Below are positions 42,845 through 52,735 of a stretch of DNA of 64,000 nucleotides, in pieces. The notes below the pieces were generated by a model that saw only the letters and a program-made list of their open reading frames with translations, searched no databases and was not told the origin of the DNA. Position 1 is the first letter of the stretch, and each line of letters opens with the position of its first letter. Source of the stretch: Pseudobdellovibrionaceae bacterium (GTDB lineage Bacteria; Bdellovibrionota; Bdellovibrionia; Bdellovibrionales; JAMPXM01); NCBI GenBank assembly GCA_021463345.1, contig JAJTYM010000002.1:99646-163645 (forward strand), given 5' to 3'. The translations under genes were made by a program, and so were the position numbers.

Positions 42845-44452
42845 ATGAATCAACCTGAAGAAAAATCCTCGTTTTTTGACCGTGGCACGATCATCGCGGT
42901 CATTCTCACGATCCTGTTCTTCACCGCTTGGAACGTTTGGGTTCAGAAAAAATACCCGTCGCCTGAGCAGCCCGTGCCGACTGCGAAAACGCAGGCTCCG
43001 GTCCGGCCTCCGGAAACGGGGGCCAAGCCTGACTCCACAGCCACCGTCGAAGAGGCGGTGTCGGCCGTCGCGAATGAGACATTTCTCGATTTCGAAAGCG
43101 AACACCTATCGTTCGCGGTGTCTTCGAAGGGCATGGGCCTACGCGGGATCGATGTGCGCTCCTACGCGACTCGCGACGGTCAGCCGATCGTGTTGGGCAC
43201 TGTCACCGAGAAGTACCCGTTTTCCACGGGTCTGGCGGGCAGCGACCACTCGCTGGATTTCGCGCTTGAGAAGACCGACGCGAACACCTTCGTGGGGCGT
43301 GCCGCCGTCGGTACCGCACGAATCACCAAGACGATCAAAGTGGATCCCGAGCGGTACGCTTTCGATGTCACGGTCCACGTGACCGGGAGCGCGCCGGAGC
43401 TGAAAGGCCTCACCACGCACTTGAGCGATGTTCTGACCGACGCTGAATCGAGCTTTCTTATGCCGGCGTTCGACGTCCAGGATTTCACCGTCGTGCATGA
43501 GGGCAGTCGCACGCAATACGTCTTGCATAAGAAGGACGGCCTGGAGCCGACGACCGAAAAACACGTTTCGCTCTTTGCTTTGAGCTCGCATTACTTCTCG
43601 ATGGCGATTCTCGACAGGTCGCCGGTTGCGCCTGAATTTTCGACCAGAATCCCAGCCGGATCGGCGACGGCGACAGGCACTCTCGTGTACCAACGCCTCA
43701 ACGATGCGACGGATTTCTCTGTCCAATACACCGCTTTCGCCGGTCCGAAGTCGTTCTCGCTGCTGGCGGGGATCGACGGTTCGCTCACCAAAGTCGTTAA
43801 TTTCGGCATGTTCGCGTGGATCGCCAAGCCCTTGCTCTGGCTTCTCAAGCTTCTCAACAGCTTTTTCCACAATTTCGGCTGGTCGATCGTGGTGTTGACG
43901 ATCATCGTTCGCCTGCTCGTCTTGCCATTCAACGTTTATTCGTTCAAATCGATGAAGGCGATGCAGAAGGTTCAGCCTGAAATGCAGCGTTTGCGCGAGC
44001 GCTACAAAGATGACCCGCAAACCATGAATCGCGAGGTCATGGAGCTCATGCGCCGGCACAAGGTGAATCCGCTCGGCGGCTGCTTGCCGATGCTGCTCCA
44101 GTTCCCCGTGTTCATAGCCCTCTACCAAGTCCTCGGGCAATCCATCGAGCTTTACAAGGCGCCGTTCATGTTTTGGATTCAGGATCTGAGCTCCAAGGAT
44201 CATTACTACGTTCTGCCGGTCCTGATGGCGGCGGCGATGTACGTACAGCAGAAAATCACGCCGACGACCATGCCGCCCGAGCAGGCGAAAATCATGCAGT
44301 GGCTGCCGTTGATCTTCGCCGTGATGATGATTTCGCTGCCGAGCGGGCTGACGCTTTACATTTTCGTCAGCACCGTTTTCGGCGTGATTCAACAGTATCT
44401 GATGCTGAAAGAAAAAACTCAGGGCGCGAAAGTCTCTCAGGCACGCGCGTAA
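42845..44452 (+). CDS. yidC: Membrane protein insertase YidC
   Basis: The 535-aa product has an N-terminal TM helix, a periplasmic P1 domain and the conserved 60-kDa insertase core (GWSIVVLTIIVRLLVLP, GGCLPMLLQFPVFIALY). Confidence 0.95.
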   Translation: MNQPEEKSSFFDRGTIIAVILTILFFTAWNVWVQKKYPSPEQPVPTAKTQAPVRPPETGAKPDSTATVEEAVSAVANETFLDFESEHLSFAVSSKGMGLRGIDVRSYATRDGQPIVLGTVTEKYPFSTGLAGSDHSLDFALEKTDANTFVGRAAVGTARITKTIKVDPERYAFDVTVHVTGSAPELKGLTTHLSDVLTDAESSFLMPAFDVQDFTVVHEGSRTQYVLHKKDGLEPTTEKHVSLFALSSHYFSMAILDRSPVAPEFSTRIPAGSATATGTLVYQRLNDATDFSVQYTAFAGPKSFSLLAGIDGSLTKVVNFGMFAWIAKPLLWLLKLLNSFFHNFGWSIVVLTIIVRLLVLPFNVYSFKSMKAMQKVQPEMQRLRERYKDDPQTMNREVMELMRRHKVNPLGGCLPMLLQFPVFIALYQVLGQSIELYKAPFMFWIQDLSSKDHYYVLPVLMAAAMYVQQKITPTTMPPEQAKIMQWLPLIFAVMMISLPSGLTLYIFVSTVFGVIQQYLMLKEKTQGAKVSQARA

Positions 44453-44506
44453 ATTCACTCAAAGGCGCCTGCGGGGCGGGCGTTCCGGAAAAATTGGAGG
44501 ACTGCA

Positions 44507-45118
44507 ATGACGGGATTTTTTAGCAAGCTCTTCGGCGGGAAGAAGAAAACCGGCGCTTCGGATTCGCCTTCGGACTCGTCCTCGACGGTCGATCTCGTGA
44601 AAGATATCATGAAGGGATTGGTCGAGAAGGGGTCGTTTGAACTCGAGTACACCGTGCGCTCCGAAGGCGCCACGGCGGCCGGTATCGAAGAGATTTCAGT
44701 CGAACTCAGCGGGAAGGATGAGGAGTTGCTCACCGAAAAAGAGGGCGCTTTCCTCGACTCCCTTCAGCTTTTCATCAAACGCGCGATTCAGCATCAACGG
44801 CCAGACGCCCGCGTGAACGTGAATTTCGACTGCAATGGCTATCGCGAGGAATCCAGCAAGGAACTCGTCGAACTCGCCGAGAAGCTTCGTGACAAGGCGC
44901 TCGAGCAGGGCCGTTCGGTGTATTTGCGCGCATTGCCGCCGAAAGATCGCAAAATTGTGCATCAGCATCTGGCGAGCGATGACCGTGTCCGCAGCCGTTC
45001 GGTCGGTGACGGACTGTACAAGAAAATCAAGATTTACCCGGCGAAAAGCACCGGGGCACGTGACGTTGATTTCGATTCTGGACGCGGCGACGACGGTCAC
45101 GCGGAGCCCGTTCTTTAA
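44507..45118 (+). CDS. jag: Jag/KhpB-type RNA-binding protein (KH plus R3H)
   Basis: The C-terminal R3H context is LPPKDRKIVHQHLASDDRVRSRSVGDGLYKKIKIYP. It sits in the canonical position after yidC. Confidence 0.85.
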   Translation: MTGFFSKLFGGKKKTGASDSPSDSSSTVDLVKDIMKGLVEKGSFELEYTVRSEGATAAGIEEISVELSGKDEELLTEKEGAFLDSLQLFIKRAIQHQRPDARVNVNFDCNGYREESSKELVELAEKLRDKALEQGRSVYLRALPPKDRKIVHQHLASDDRVRSRSVGDGLYKKIKIYPAKSTGARDVDFDSGRGDDGHAEPVL

Positions 45119-45122
45119 TCCG

Positions 45123-46544
45123 ATGGCTTTCGGGGTCGATGACAACTCGACGATTTGCGCTTTATCGACGCCGCCTGGATCCGGCGGGATCGCGGTGATT
45201 CGGGTGAGCGGACCCGCCGCCTTCCGCTGCACCCGCTCTTTGTGTCCGTTTTTGCCCGCAAACCCGGAGAGCCATCGCGTTTATTTCGGTACGGCCCGGG
45301 AGTTGAGGGGTGCGGACGCGATCGATGACGTTCTGGTGGCTTGCTTCGCCACCGGGCGTTCATTCACTGGAGAGGAAACCGCCGAGATCAATTGCCACGG
45401 GAGCCCGGTGCTGACGGCGAGCCTCTTAAAGGAGTTAGTCGAAGCGGGTTGCAGGCCCGCGCGACCGGGCGAATTCACCTTCCGCGCTTTTATGAATGGG
45501 CGAATCGACTTGGTTCAAGCGGAAGGCGTTTTGAGCCTGATCGAAAGTCAGAGCAAGTCCGCAGCGCGCGCCGCCCTTCGACAACTCAAGGGCCGCTTGT
45601 CGGCGGAGTTGTCGAAAATCGAAGACGGCCTGGTTTGGATCCTCGCCCAACTCGAAGCGAGCATCGACTTTTCGACCGAAGGCATCGAAGTGATGTCTTC
45701 GGAGGCCGTGTGTGATCGCATTCAGGATGTGATCACGTCCTGCGATCGATTGCTCGATTCGTATCGACAAGGCCGTCTTTTTGCGGAGGGTCTGCGGATC
45801 GCGCTCGTCGGTCGGCCCAACGTCGGCAAATCGTCATTATTGAATGCCTTGGTCCAGGAAGATCGCGCAATCGTGACCGCGATCCCGGGTACGACTCGGG
45901 ATCTAGTGGAAGGGCGGATCATGGTTCAGGGGATACCTGTGACCGTAGTCGATACAGCTGGCCTTCGCGAGACTGGAGACGAGGTCGAAAGGATTGGGAT
46001 CGAACGGGCCCGCCAGGCGCTTGAAAAGGCGGATCTGGTTTTTCATGTGATCGAGTCTTCTCGCGTTTTGCTGGACGAGGAAAAAGCCGACATTGCCGCC
46101 CTTGTCGCTCTACCGGGAAACGATGGGGCCGATCGCCACTGCATTCTCATAAATAAAATCGATGCGGCGGATGGAGACGCGGTTGCAGCCCGGTTGCGGG
46201 AGTTGGCGGCAGTGGGGGTCACCAAGCAGACCGCCAAGATTTTTGAAGTCAGCGCTCGGACTCGCCATGGCCTTGAGGAGCTTGAGGAGCTTTTGGCGAC
46301 GAAGGTGAGAGCCGATGTTTCGGAGATGTCCGAGGTGGTTATGCAAACTCGGCACTTCGAGGGTTTGCAAAAAATTCACTCTTGTGCGGCGAGAGCGCTT
46401 GCGTTAATCACCAAGGACGAAAGCGCTGAATTCATCGCCTTTGAGCTCCAAGACGCGATTCGAGCCATTCATGAACTTCTTGGCAAGGAGTTCAACGAGC
46501 AGGTCATCGATCGGATTTTCAAGGAGTTTTGCATCGGCAAATAA
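45123..46544 (+). CDS. mnmE: tRNA modification GTPase MnmE
   Basis: The sequence begins [30 protein letters not shown] and has the G domain ([18 protein letters not shown]) and the C-terminal FCIGK. Confidence 0.95.
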   Translation: MAFGVDDNSTICALSTPPGSGGIAVIRVSGPAAFRCTRSLCPFLPANPESHRVYFGTARELRGADAIDDVLVACFATGRSFTGEETAEINCHGSPVLTASLLKELVEAGCRPARPGEFTFRAFMNGRIDLVQAEGVLSLIESQSKSAARAALRQLKGRLSAELSKIEDGLVWILAQLEASIDFSTEGIEVMSSEAVCDRIQDVITSCDRLLDSYRQGRLFAEGLRIALVGRPNVGKSSLLNALVQEDRAIVTAIPGTTRDLVEGRIMVQGIPVTVVDTAGLRETGDEVERIGIERARQALEKADLVFHVIESSRVLLDEEKADIAALVALPGNDGADRHCILINKIDAADGDAVAARLRELAAVGVTKQTAKIFEVSARTRHGLEELEELLATKVRADVSEMSEVVMQTRHFEGLQKIHSCAARALALITKDESAEFIAFELQDAIRAIHELLGKEFNEQVIDRIFKEFCIGK

Positions 46545-46564
46545 ATCTCCTGGCGGATCTTGCA

Positions 46565-48487
46565 ATGGCTGCTTCTCACTCGCTCTTTGATGTTGTTGTG
46601 ATTGGTGCCGGTCATGCCGGGATCGAAGCATGCTTGGCATCGGCGCGTTCAGGGCTCAAGACTTTGATGATCACGACCAACCTTGATCGCATCGGGTTCA
46701 TGAGCTGCAACCCATCCATTGGCGGACTGGCCAAAGGCCATATGGTTCGTGAGGTCGATGCCATGGGGGGCGAGATAGGGAGAGCCGCGGACGAAACCTG
46801 TATCCAATTCAAGCGGCTTAATTCCCGTAAGGGTCCGGCCGTGAGGGGTTCTCGCGCGCAGTGCGACAAAGATCTCTATTCCGATTACATGGCGAAGCGT
46901 CTTTTCTCGCAACCGAACCTCGAGGTTCGTCGCGGCGAGGTGAGATCGCTCTTTCTCCGCGGAACCGGTTGCGAAGGTGTCGTGCTCGAGGATGGAGCCG
47001 TTGTTCCAGCTCGGGCGGTGATTGTCACGACCGGTACGTTCATGCGCGGGGTGATGCATATTGGTCTTGAGCGGCGCGCTGGCGGACGGGTTGGAGACGA
47101 AGCGACCGTTGGGATTTCGGATCAGTTGGCGGAGTTCGGATTCACGGTTCGTCGATTGAAGACGGGAACGCCTCCTCGCTTGCACAAGGACAGTATTGAC
47201 TGGTCCAAGACGATCGAGCAGTTCGGTGATGAGACTTTTTACCCGTTCAGTTTGAGAAGCGATCGACGTCTCAAACTTCCGCAAGTTTCCTGTTGGCTCA
47301 GCCACACCAATGAGAAAACCCATGAAATCATCCGTAGGAACCTCGATAAATCACCGATGTTCGCCGGCCATATAGAAGGGATAGGTCCGCGTTACTGTCC
47401 AAGTATCGAGGACAAAGTCACTCGGTTCGCGGAAAAGGCGGGACATCAAACGTTCCTCGAACCTGAAGGCTTACAGACCGAGTCTGTGTATCTTCAAGGG
47501 ATTTCAACGAGTTTGCCAGTCGAGGTTCAGTGCGAGTTTCTGCGCACGATCCCTGGGCTGGAAAATGTGAAAGTGCTTCGTGCGGGTTATGCGGTCGAGT
47601 ACGACTTCATTGAGCCGACCCAGATTCGACACTCGTTAGAAACGCGCGTGATCGAGAATCTGTTCCTGGCAGGGCAAATCAACGGGACAAGCGGCTATGA
47701 AGAGGCCGCTGCACAGGGATTCGTAGCAGGCGTCAATGCCGCTCGGAAATTGCGTGGCGAGGAACCGTTGATTCTTGGGCGTGATGAAGCCTATATCGGC
47801 GTGTTGATCGATGATCTTGTCACCAAGGGCACGATCGAACCATACCGGATGTTCACATCGCGTGCGGAGCATCGCCTTGTTTTGCGAGAGGATAATACTC
47901 TTGAGAGGTTACAGGATCGCGCGATCGACCTTGGTTTGTTGCCGACAGAAACCTTTGAGCGCCTGAGAGTGATTCGCAAAGCGAGAGCTGAATTGCGTCA
48001 AAAATTGCGCGATACGGTACTTGTTCCCAATGCGGAAACGCAGTCACGGCTTCATGAATTGAATACGGCTGTTTTGCAAAAGCCAACGACTGCCGAGGAG
48101 TTGCTGCGTCGTCCCGAATTGAGCAGTTTCGAAGTGATGCGCTTTTTGCGGATTGATAGCAGAGTCATTTTCGAAGATCCATCCGTGTTTGAGTCTGTTG
48201 AGATTGACGTGAAATATGCGGGCTATGTCGCACGCCAAAACGAAATCATCGAACAAGCGAAAAGGCTTGAGAATTTGCGCCTTCCTGCCGATCTGCCCTA
48301 TGCGGATGTTCGTGGTCTTTCTCATGAAGAGATCGAGAAGTTGACGAAGGTCCGTCCGGTAAGCCTGGGCCAAGCCCAACGGATCTCTGGAGTGAATCCG
48401 TCCGCGATTCAAGCTATTTTAGTTTACCTCAAGGGACGTTCATTCGAGCGGCTGAAAGTCAGGGAGCTTGAAATTGAGCCAGGGTGA
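46565..48487 (+). CDS. mnmG: tRNA uridine 5-carboxymethylaminomethyl modification enzyme MnmG (GidA)
   Basis: The FAD-binding N-terminus is FDVVVIGAGHAGIEA, and the sequence is GidA-family throughout. Confidence 0.95.
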   Translation: MAASHSLFDVVVIGAGHAGIEACLASARSGLKTLMITTNLDRIGFMSCNPSIGGLAKGHMVREVDAMGGEIGRAADETCIQFKRLNSRKGPAVRGSRAQCDKDLYSDYMAKRLFSQPNLEVRRGEVRSLFLRGTGCEGVVLEDGAVVPARAVIVTTGTFMRGVMHIGLERRAGGRVGDEATVGISDQLAEFGFTVRRLKTGTPPRLHKDSIDWSKTIEQFGDETFYPFSLRSDRRLKLPQVSCWLSHTNEKTHEIIRRNLDKSPMFAGHIEGIGPRYCPSIEDKVTRFAEKAGHQTFLEPEGLQTESVYLQGISTSLPVEVQCEFLRTIPGLENVKVLRAGYAVEYDFIEPTQIRHSLETRVIENLFLAGQINGTSGYEEAAAQGFVAGVNAARKLRGEEPLILGRDEAYIGVLIDDLVTKGTIEPYRMFTSRAEHRLVLREDNTLERLQDRAIDLGLLPTETFERLRVIRKARAELRQKLRDTVLVPNAETQSRLHELNTAVLQKPTTAEELLRRPELSSFEVMRFLRIDSRVIFEDPSVFESVEIDVKYAGYVARQNEIIEQAKRLENLRLPADLPYADVRGLSHEEIEKLTKVRPVSLGQAQRISGVNPSAIQAILVYLKGRSFERLKVRELEIEPG

Positions 48488-48542
48488 TGGATCTTTTCGA
48501 GGCCTCCCAAAAGCGAAAGGTGCCAACGGCACAGTTCTCCAA

Positions 48543-49205
48543 ATGGGTACTGAGGCAGAACGCTTATCTACCCGTGAGCGATTTCAAAAGATCCTCCCCG
48601 ACCTAGAATATAACGCTTTGAGTCGAATAATTTCTTACTACGATGAACTACTTCGATTCAATAAAGCGGTAAATTTGATTTCACCTAGTACCATTGGTAA
48701 TGCGGAATCGGTTCATTTTGCTGATTCCGTTTTTGCGTCTCAAATCATTGTAAAGCATTTGGTTCCCAGTCAGCCACTGTACGATGTTGGCTCTGGAAAT
48801 GGTTTTCCTGGGTTGATCTTTGCTATTCTCTTCCCAACACTCCCAGTCGTGTTGGTTGATCGAGATAGACGTAAAACAGAGTTTTTGAAGCATGTGACGG
48901 CGATACTCGGTTTGAAAAACGTAAATATTGAAGCCGTGAGTGTCGAAAATCTTCGCGATCAAAGTGTATCAAATATGGTTTCACGTGGATTTGCGCCATT
49001 GCATCGCGCTTTATTGGTTTGCCGTAAGCAAGTTCTTCAAGGAGGAAAGTATTTCCATCTTAAGGGAGATGCGTGGGCAAACGAGATTGCACAAGTTCCA
49101 TCTCAGCTCTTCAGCTTATGGAGCCCGAGTCTTTTAGGGCAGTATACAATACCAGGACTTTCTGCTCAGTTTGCAGTTGTCGTGACGGATAAGATCGCAA
49201 ATTGA
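48543..49205 (+). CDS. rsmG: 16S rRNA (guanine527-N7)-methyltransferase RsmG (GidB)
   Basis: The SAM-binding motif is LYDVGSGNGFPGL, plus the RGFAP context. The start is uncertain: ATG at 48543 versus TTG at 48468. GC is markedly lower here, about 43% by hand count. Confidence 0.85.
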   Translation: MGTEAERLSTRERFQKILPDLEYNALSRIISYYDELLRFNKAVNLISPSTIGNAESVHFADSVFASQIIVKHLVPSQPLYDVGSGNGFPGLIFAILFPTLPVVLVDRDRRKTEFLKHVTAILGLKNVNIEAVSVENLRDQSVSNMVSRGFAPLHRALLVCRKQVLQGGKYFHLKGDAWANEIAQVPSQLFSLWSPSLLGQYTIPGLSAQFAVVVTDKIAN

Positions 49206-49277
49206 AGCTATCCCTATAAACAATCTAAATCTGGCACGGCTCCATCTCCATATTATTGGAACAGCCTCGCTTCAAAT

Positions 49278-49293
49278 TGTTCCACGTGGAACA
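49278..49293. other. parS centromere-like site 1 (TGTTCCACGTGGAACA)
   Basis: A perfect 16-bp palindrome matches the parS consensus TGTTNCACGTGAAACA in all but one position. It extends to a 20-bp palindrome ATTGTTCCACGTGGAACAAT (49276-49295) followed by a T run. Confidence 0.85.
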
Positions 49294-49345
49294 ATTTTTC
49301 TGCTTGTTTCTGTTGCTCTTAGGCATCCAATCAAATTGAGCGATC

Positions 49346-49915
49346 TTAATGAGCACTTGAAGACGTGAGATCTTTTGTCGGCATCTGATCTCCAGATGGA
49401 GTTTTATGATCTTCTTGATCTGAGGTGTTCGCGGTTGTTTTTGGCTCTTGATATGATTTTTGGCGGTCTGCTAATTTAGGAACACGATCAGACCAATTCC
49501 TTGACGCATTGTTGAGGCGCTGGTGGGTACGGTATGCTTTGATCTCTTCTGCGTTTGGCCAAGGTTTTTTGGACTTATAATGCTCGATATAGATCTTTCT
49601 GACGTGGTTTAGTCGCTTTTGAAGTAGGAGTTGTTGATAAAGTTCTTGTTCTTCAAGCTTCCGAACCTTTTTTTCGAGCTGAAAGACAGTTTGTTGGCTG
49701 CGTTTGCGGTGTAAATCTCTAGGTTCAAGATCCAAAAATGACTTTCTTGCATCTTCCAGACTCTTTTGCTCGGTGGCGATCATTGTTTGCAATTGTTTGA
49801 GCCGCACTTCGAGATCGGAATAGATTGGATCGACCCTTTCCGGCTCGCTAAGAGGTTTCTCACAGGACGAGAGAGAGATGAATGCGAATAAAAGAAGAAA
49901 AAGGTGAATCAACAT
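49346..49915 (-). CDS. Coiled-coil lipoprotein, hypothetical (189 aa)
   Basis: MLIHLFLLLFAFISLSSC is a signal peptide plus lipobox. The body is K/E/Q-rich and helical, and the tail is disordered. The gene is oriented opposite to all its neighbours and has about 40-43% GC. Confidence 0.6.
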   Translation of the reverse strand: MLIHLFLLLFAFISLSSCEKPLSEPERVDPIYSDLEVRLKQLQTMIATEQKSLEDARKSFLDLEPRDLHRKRSQQTVFQLEKKVRKLEEQELYQQLLLQKRLNHVRKIYIEHYKSKKPWPNAEEIKAYRTHQRLNNASRNWSDRVPKLADRQKSYQEPKTTANTSDQEDHKTPSGDQMPTKDLTSSSAH

Positions 49916-49939
49916 TTTGCGAGAATTCCAAATTTAGAA

Positions 49940-49955
49940 TGTTCCACGTGGAACA
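49940..49955. other. parS centromere-like site 2 (TGTTCCACGTGGAACA)
   Basis: This is an identical 16-bp palindrome, 74 nt upstream of the parA ATG. The shared 18-mer TGTTCCACGTGGAACAAT occurs at 49278 and 49940. Confidence 0.85.
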
Positions 49956-50028
49956 ATCGGCAAAATGACTTGAAATATTTACTTCAAAGGGGTCTAAAAA
50001 GAGATGGACCCTCACGAACGAGGTGAAT

Positions 50029-50844
50029 ATGGCGCGGGTGATTTGCGTAGCGAATCAAAAGGGCGGAGTAGGCAAAACAACAACATCAGTTAATCTTTCT
50101 GCAGCTTTGGCTTCCAAAGGGCGAAAGGTTCTACTGTTGGATTTGGATCCGCAGGGAAATGCCTCTAGTGGACTCGGTTTAAAAAAATATGAATATCAAG
50201 ACTCCAATATTTATCATGTCTTGATTGGTGAAAAATCTCTAGAAGAGACTATTCGCGTAACCAGCCACCCTACTTTGAATGTTGTACCGGCAAATCCAGA
50301 TCTTGTTGGTGCTGAAATTGAGCTGGTGGACACCCCGCGTCGTGAATTTCGACTCAAGGATGCCACTGCAACCATTGCAAATCGTTATGACTATATATTG
50401 ATCGACTGTCCGCCCTCGTTAGGTTTACTTACGCTCAATGCTCTAACGGCAGCCAATACATTTATAGTCCCTTTGCAATGTGAATATTATGCGCTTGAAG
50501 GCCTTAGCCAGCTGTTGAACACGGCTGGATTGATCAAAAAAAATATCAATCCTGATCTTCGGATTGAAGGCATTGTCCTTACGATGTTTGATACGCGAAA
50601 TAATCTGAGTCACCAGGTTGTTTCTGAAATTCAAACTCATTTCGGCGACAAGGTATTCAAATCCATCATCCCACGAAACGTACGACTATCCGAAGCGCCT
50701 AGTCATGGTCAGCCAATTATCGAATATGATGCCAAATCTATAGGTGCGACCAAGTATCTTGAACTTGCTGATGAATTGGATAGGAAAGTATTCAATCTTC
50801 CAGTGAATCAACAGGCGCAGCCAGAAGGATCTGCAAATGTCTGA
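50029..50844 (+). CDS. parA: Chromosome partitioning ATPase ParA (Soj)
   Basis: MARVICVANQKGGVGKTTT is the deviant Walker A. GAGG lies upstream of the ATG. The track start at 50023 is a GTG. Confidence 0.95.
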   Translation: MARVICVANQKGGVGKTTTSVNLSAALASKGRKVLLLDLDPQGNASSGLGLKKYEYQDSNIYHVLIGEKSLEETIRVTSHPTLNVVPANPDLVGAEIELVDTPRREFRLKDATATIANRYDYILIDCPPSLGLLTLNALTAANTFIVPLQCEYYALEGLSQLLNTAGLIKKNINPDLRIEGIVLTMFDTRNNLSHQVVSEIQTHFGDKVFKSIIPRNVRLSEAPSHGQPIIEYDAKSIGATKYLELADELDRKVFNLPVNQQAQPEGSANV

Positions 50845-51835
50845 TACTTCCAATCAATCTCAAAACAAAAACAAAGCACGCCTTGGGCGTGGTCTGGGTA
50901 GCCTCTTGGGTAGTGGCATGGACTTAGAGGAAGGGCTTCGCCAGACTGCGGTTTCGGTCACCCCGTCTGTACCTGTTGTTCCTGTGGTGGCCGTCAATCC
51001 TGAGCCAGCTCAGCCCAAGATCGATGAACAGGCGCAAATCTGGCAGATAGCGATCGACCGTCTAGCCCCCAATACCCAACAGCCTCGACAATACTTCTCG
51101 CCGGAAGCTCTCCGTGATTTGACTGCATCTATTAAAGAGCAAGGCATTCTTCAACCTATCGTCGCGCGCCGTAAGGATGAGAGGAATTTCGAGATCATCG
51201 CCGGCGAACGACGTTGGAGAGCCGCTCAATTGGCGGGATTCCATGAAGTCCCGGTGATCCTCAAAAAGGTCGATGAACAGAATTCTTTGGAATTGGCGAT
51301 CATCGAAAACATCCAGCGCCAGGATCTCAACATTCTCGAAGAAGCGGAAGCCTACGATAAGCTTATGACCGACTATAGTCTGACCCAGCAGCAGGTCGCG
51401 GACAAAGTCGGTAAAGAGCGCGCGACGGTGGCCAATGCGCTTCGCCTATTGATTTTGCCGCATGAGTTGAAGGATATGGTGCGCACAAGCGCCTTGTCCG
51501 CCGGCCATGCCAAGGCGATTCTTGCGATTGACGATCACGCGGAACAGATCAAAATCGGCAAAAAGGTCGTGGCTGAAAAACTTTCCGTGCGGGCGACTGA
51601 GCAATTAGTGGCTCAAGCCAAACGTCCGTCGGGGGTCGCAACGGCCGGATCAGCCTTGAATCTCGACGTCTCCAAGCGGCTTGTGACTGGACTCGCCGCT
51701 GAATTACAGAAGCTCATTGGCACCAAAGTGACCATTGATTATGCTGATGCGAAGGGCAAGCTCGCGATTCATTTCTATTCGGACGAAGAGCTCAACCAGA
51801 TCACGGACAAGATCAGGGGCGCATGGCAGAAGTAG
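50837..51835 (+). CDS. parB: Chromosome partitioning protein ParB (Spo0J)
   Basis: The ParB box is GILQPIVARR...IIAGERRWRAA, followed by an HTH (QQQVADKVGKERATVANALRLL). The gene overlaps parA by 8 nt. Confidence 0.95.
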   Translation: MSDTSNQSQNKNKARLGRGLGSLLGSGMDLEEGLRQTAVSVTPSVPVVPVVAVNPEPAQPKIDEQAQIWQIAIDRLAPNTQQPRQYFSPEALRDLTASIKEQGILQPIVARRKDERNFEIIAGERRWRAAQLAGFHEVPVILKKVDEQNSLELAIIENIQRQDLNILEEAEAYDKLMTDYSLTQQQVADKVGKERATVANALRLLILPHELKDMVRTSALSAGHAKAILAIDDHAEQIKIGKKVVAEKLSVRATEQLVAQAKRPSGVATAGSALNLDVSKRLVTGLAAELQKLIGTKVTIDYADAKGKLAIHFYSDEELNQITDKIRGAWQK

Positions 51836-52197
51836 AAAAAATTCCCACTCGGGCCCTCGATCCCGGCCCTTCGCCTGGACAGCTCACGGCGCTTCTCGAT
51901 TACGGGGCGACTTTCGAAGGGCGCCTGACTTTTGAGGGAACCGTGCGGATTGGCGGGACTTTCAAGGGAGAGATCTTCACTCAAGACACTTTGGTCATCA
52001 ATCCTGGGGCCAAGGTCGAAGCACAGATCGAAGCCGATGTCGTCATCATATCGGGTACGGTTGTGGGCAATGTCTTCGCCCGGCGCCGGATCATCATGCA
52101 TCCGCCCGCTGTCTTTCGGGGAACCGTGACGTCACCGAGCCTTAGAATCGATGAAGGCGTCATGTTCGAAGGCGCCTCGTACATGCCGAAGAACTGA
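51823..52197 (+). CDS. Bactofilin (polymer-forming cytoskeletal protein, DUF583)
   Basis: The beta-helical repeat signature is FEGRLTFEGTVRIGGTFKGEIFTQDTLVINPGAKVEAQIEADVVIISGTVVGNVFA..RIIMHPPAVFRGTV. The ATG lies 13 nt inside the parB 3' end. Confidence 0.85.
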   Translation: MAEVEKIPTRALDPGPSPGQLTALLDYGATFEGRLTFEGTVRIGGTFKGEIFTQDTLVINPGAKVEAQIEADVVIISGTVVGNVFARRRIIMHPPAVFRGTVTSPSLRIDEGVMFEGASYMPKN

Positions 52198-52288
52198 CCC
52201 TCCTCGAATTTCCAACCCTCGGATTCTACTCTTGACCCCGTTATCCCCGGGGTGTACGAAGTCCGCAAAATCAAAGGGTTTTGACTCA

Positions 52289-52735
52289 ATGGAAATTCTG
52301 ACCGCGCTCGGTGTCGACAAGACATTGTGGATTCATCTTGTTTGTTTTTTCGTTTCCTATTTGGCCCTTTCCCAGCTGATTTTCAAACCGTATCTTCGCG
52401 CATATGAAGAGCGCGAAAAGCGCACGGTAGGCAACGAAGAGCATGCCGTGCGCCTCGTGCGAGAGGCCGGCGACCTCCAGGGCCAGTACGAGCAAAAAGC
52501 GAAAGTCGTCAATGCGCAGATCAAGAGCGCGTTCGATGCGTCCCGCGTAGACGCTGGCAAGCGGTACGAATCTCTCGTGCTGGCCGCGCGCGAGGAGGCG
52601 CAAAAGTTACTCGAGTCTTCGCGCGCGCAGCTCGCCAAGGAAATCCAGTCGGCCCGCAAAGCGCTATCCGTCGAAATCCCCGCGGTCAGCTCGGCGATCG
52701 CCTCGAAACTCGCAGGCAAGGATCTGTCGCAATGA
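52289..52735 (+). CDS. atpF2: F-type ATP synthase Fo subunit b' (second b-type stator subunit)
   Basis: The start is MEILTALGVDKTLWIHLVCFFVSYLALSQLIFKPY. A single TM helix is followed by a long charged helix. The gene precedes atpF with an ATGA overlap. Confidence 0.8.
   Translation: MEILTALGVDKTLWIHLVCFFVSYLALSQLIFKPYLRAYEEREKRTVGNEEHAVRLVREAGDLQGQYEQKAKVVNAQIKSAFDASRVDAGKRYESLVLAAREEAQKLLESSRAQLAKEIQSARKALSVEIPAVSSAIASKLAGKDLSQ

Noticed and set aside
48978-48991. A parS-like half site GGTTTCACGTGGAT inside rsmG.
   Set aside because: Only the central TTCACGTGGA core matches and the outer arms are not palindromic. It is probably a chance CACGTG-containing coding sequence. Other CACGTG occurrences in the window also lack parS arms.
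52232-52260. TTGACC-N17-TACGAA as the promoter of atpF'.
   Set aside because: The -10 hexamer is poor, and I have no independent support. The parB-bactofilin transcript may read through instead.
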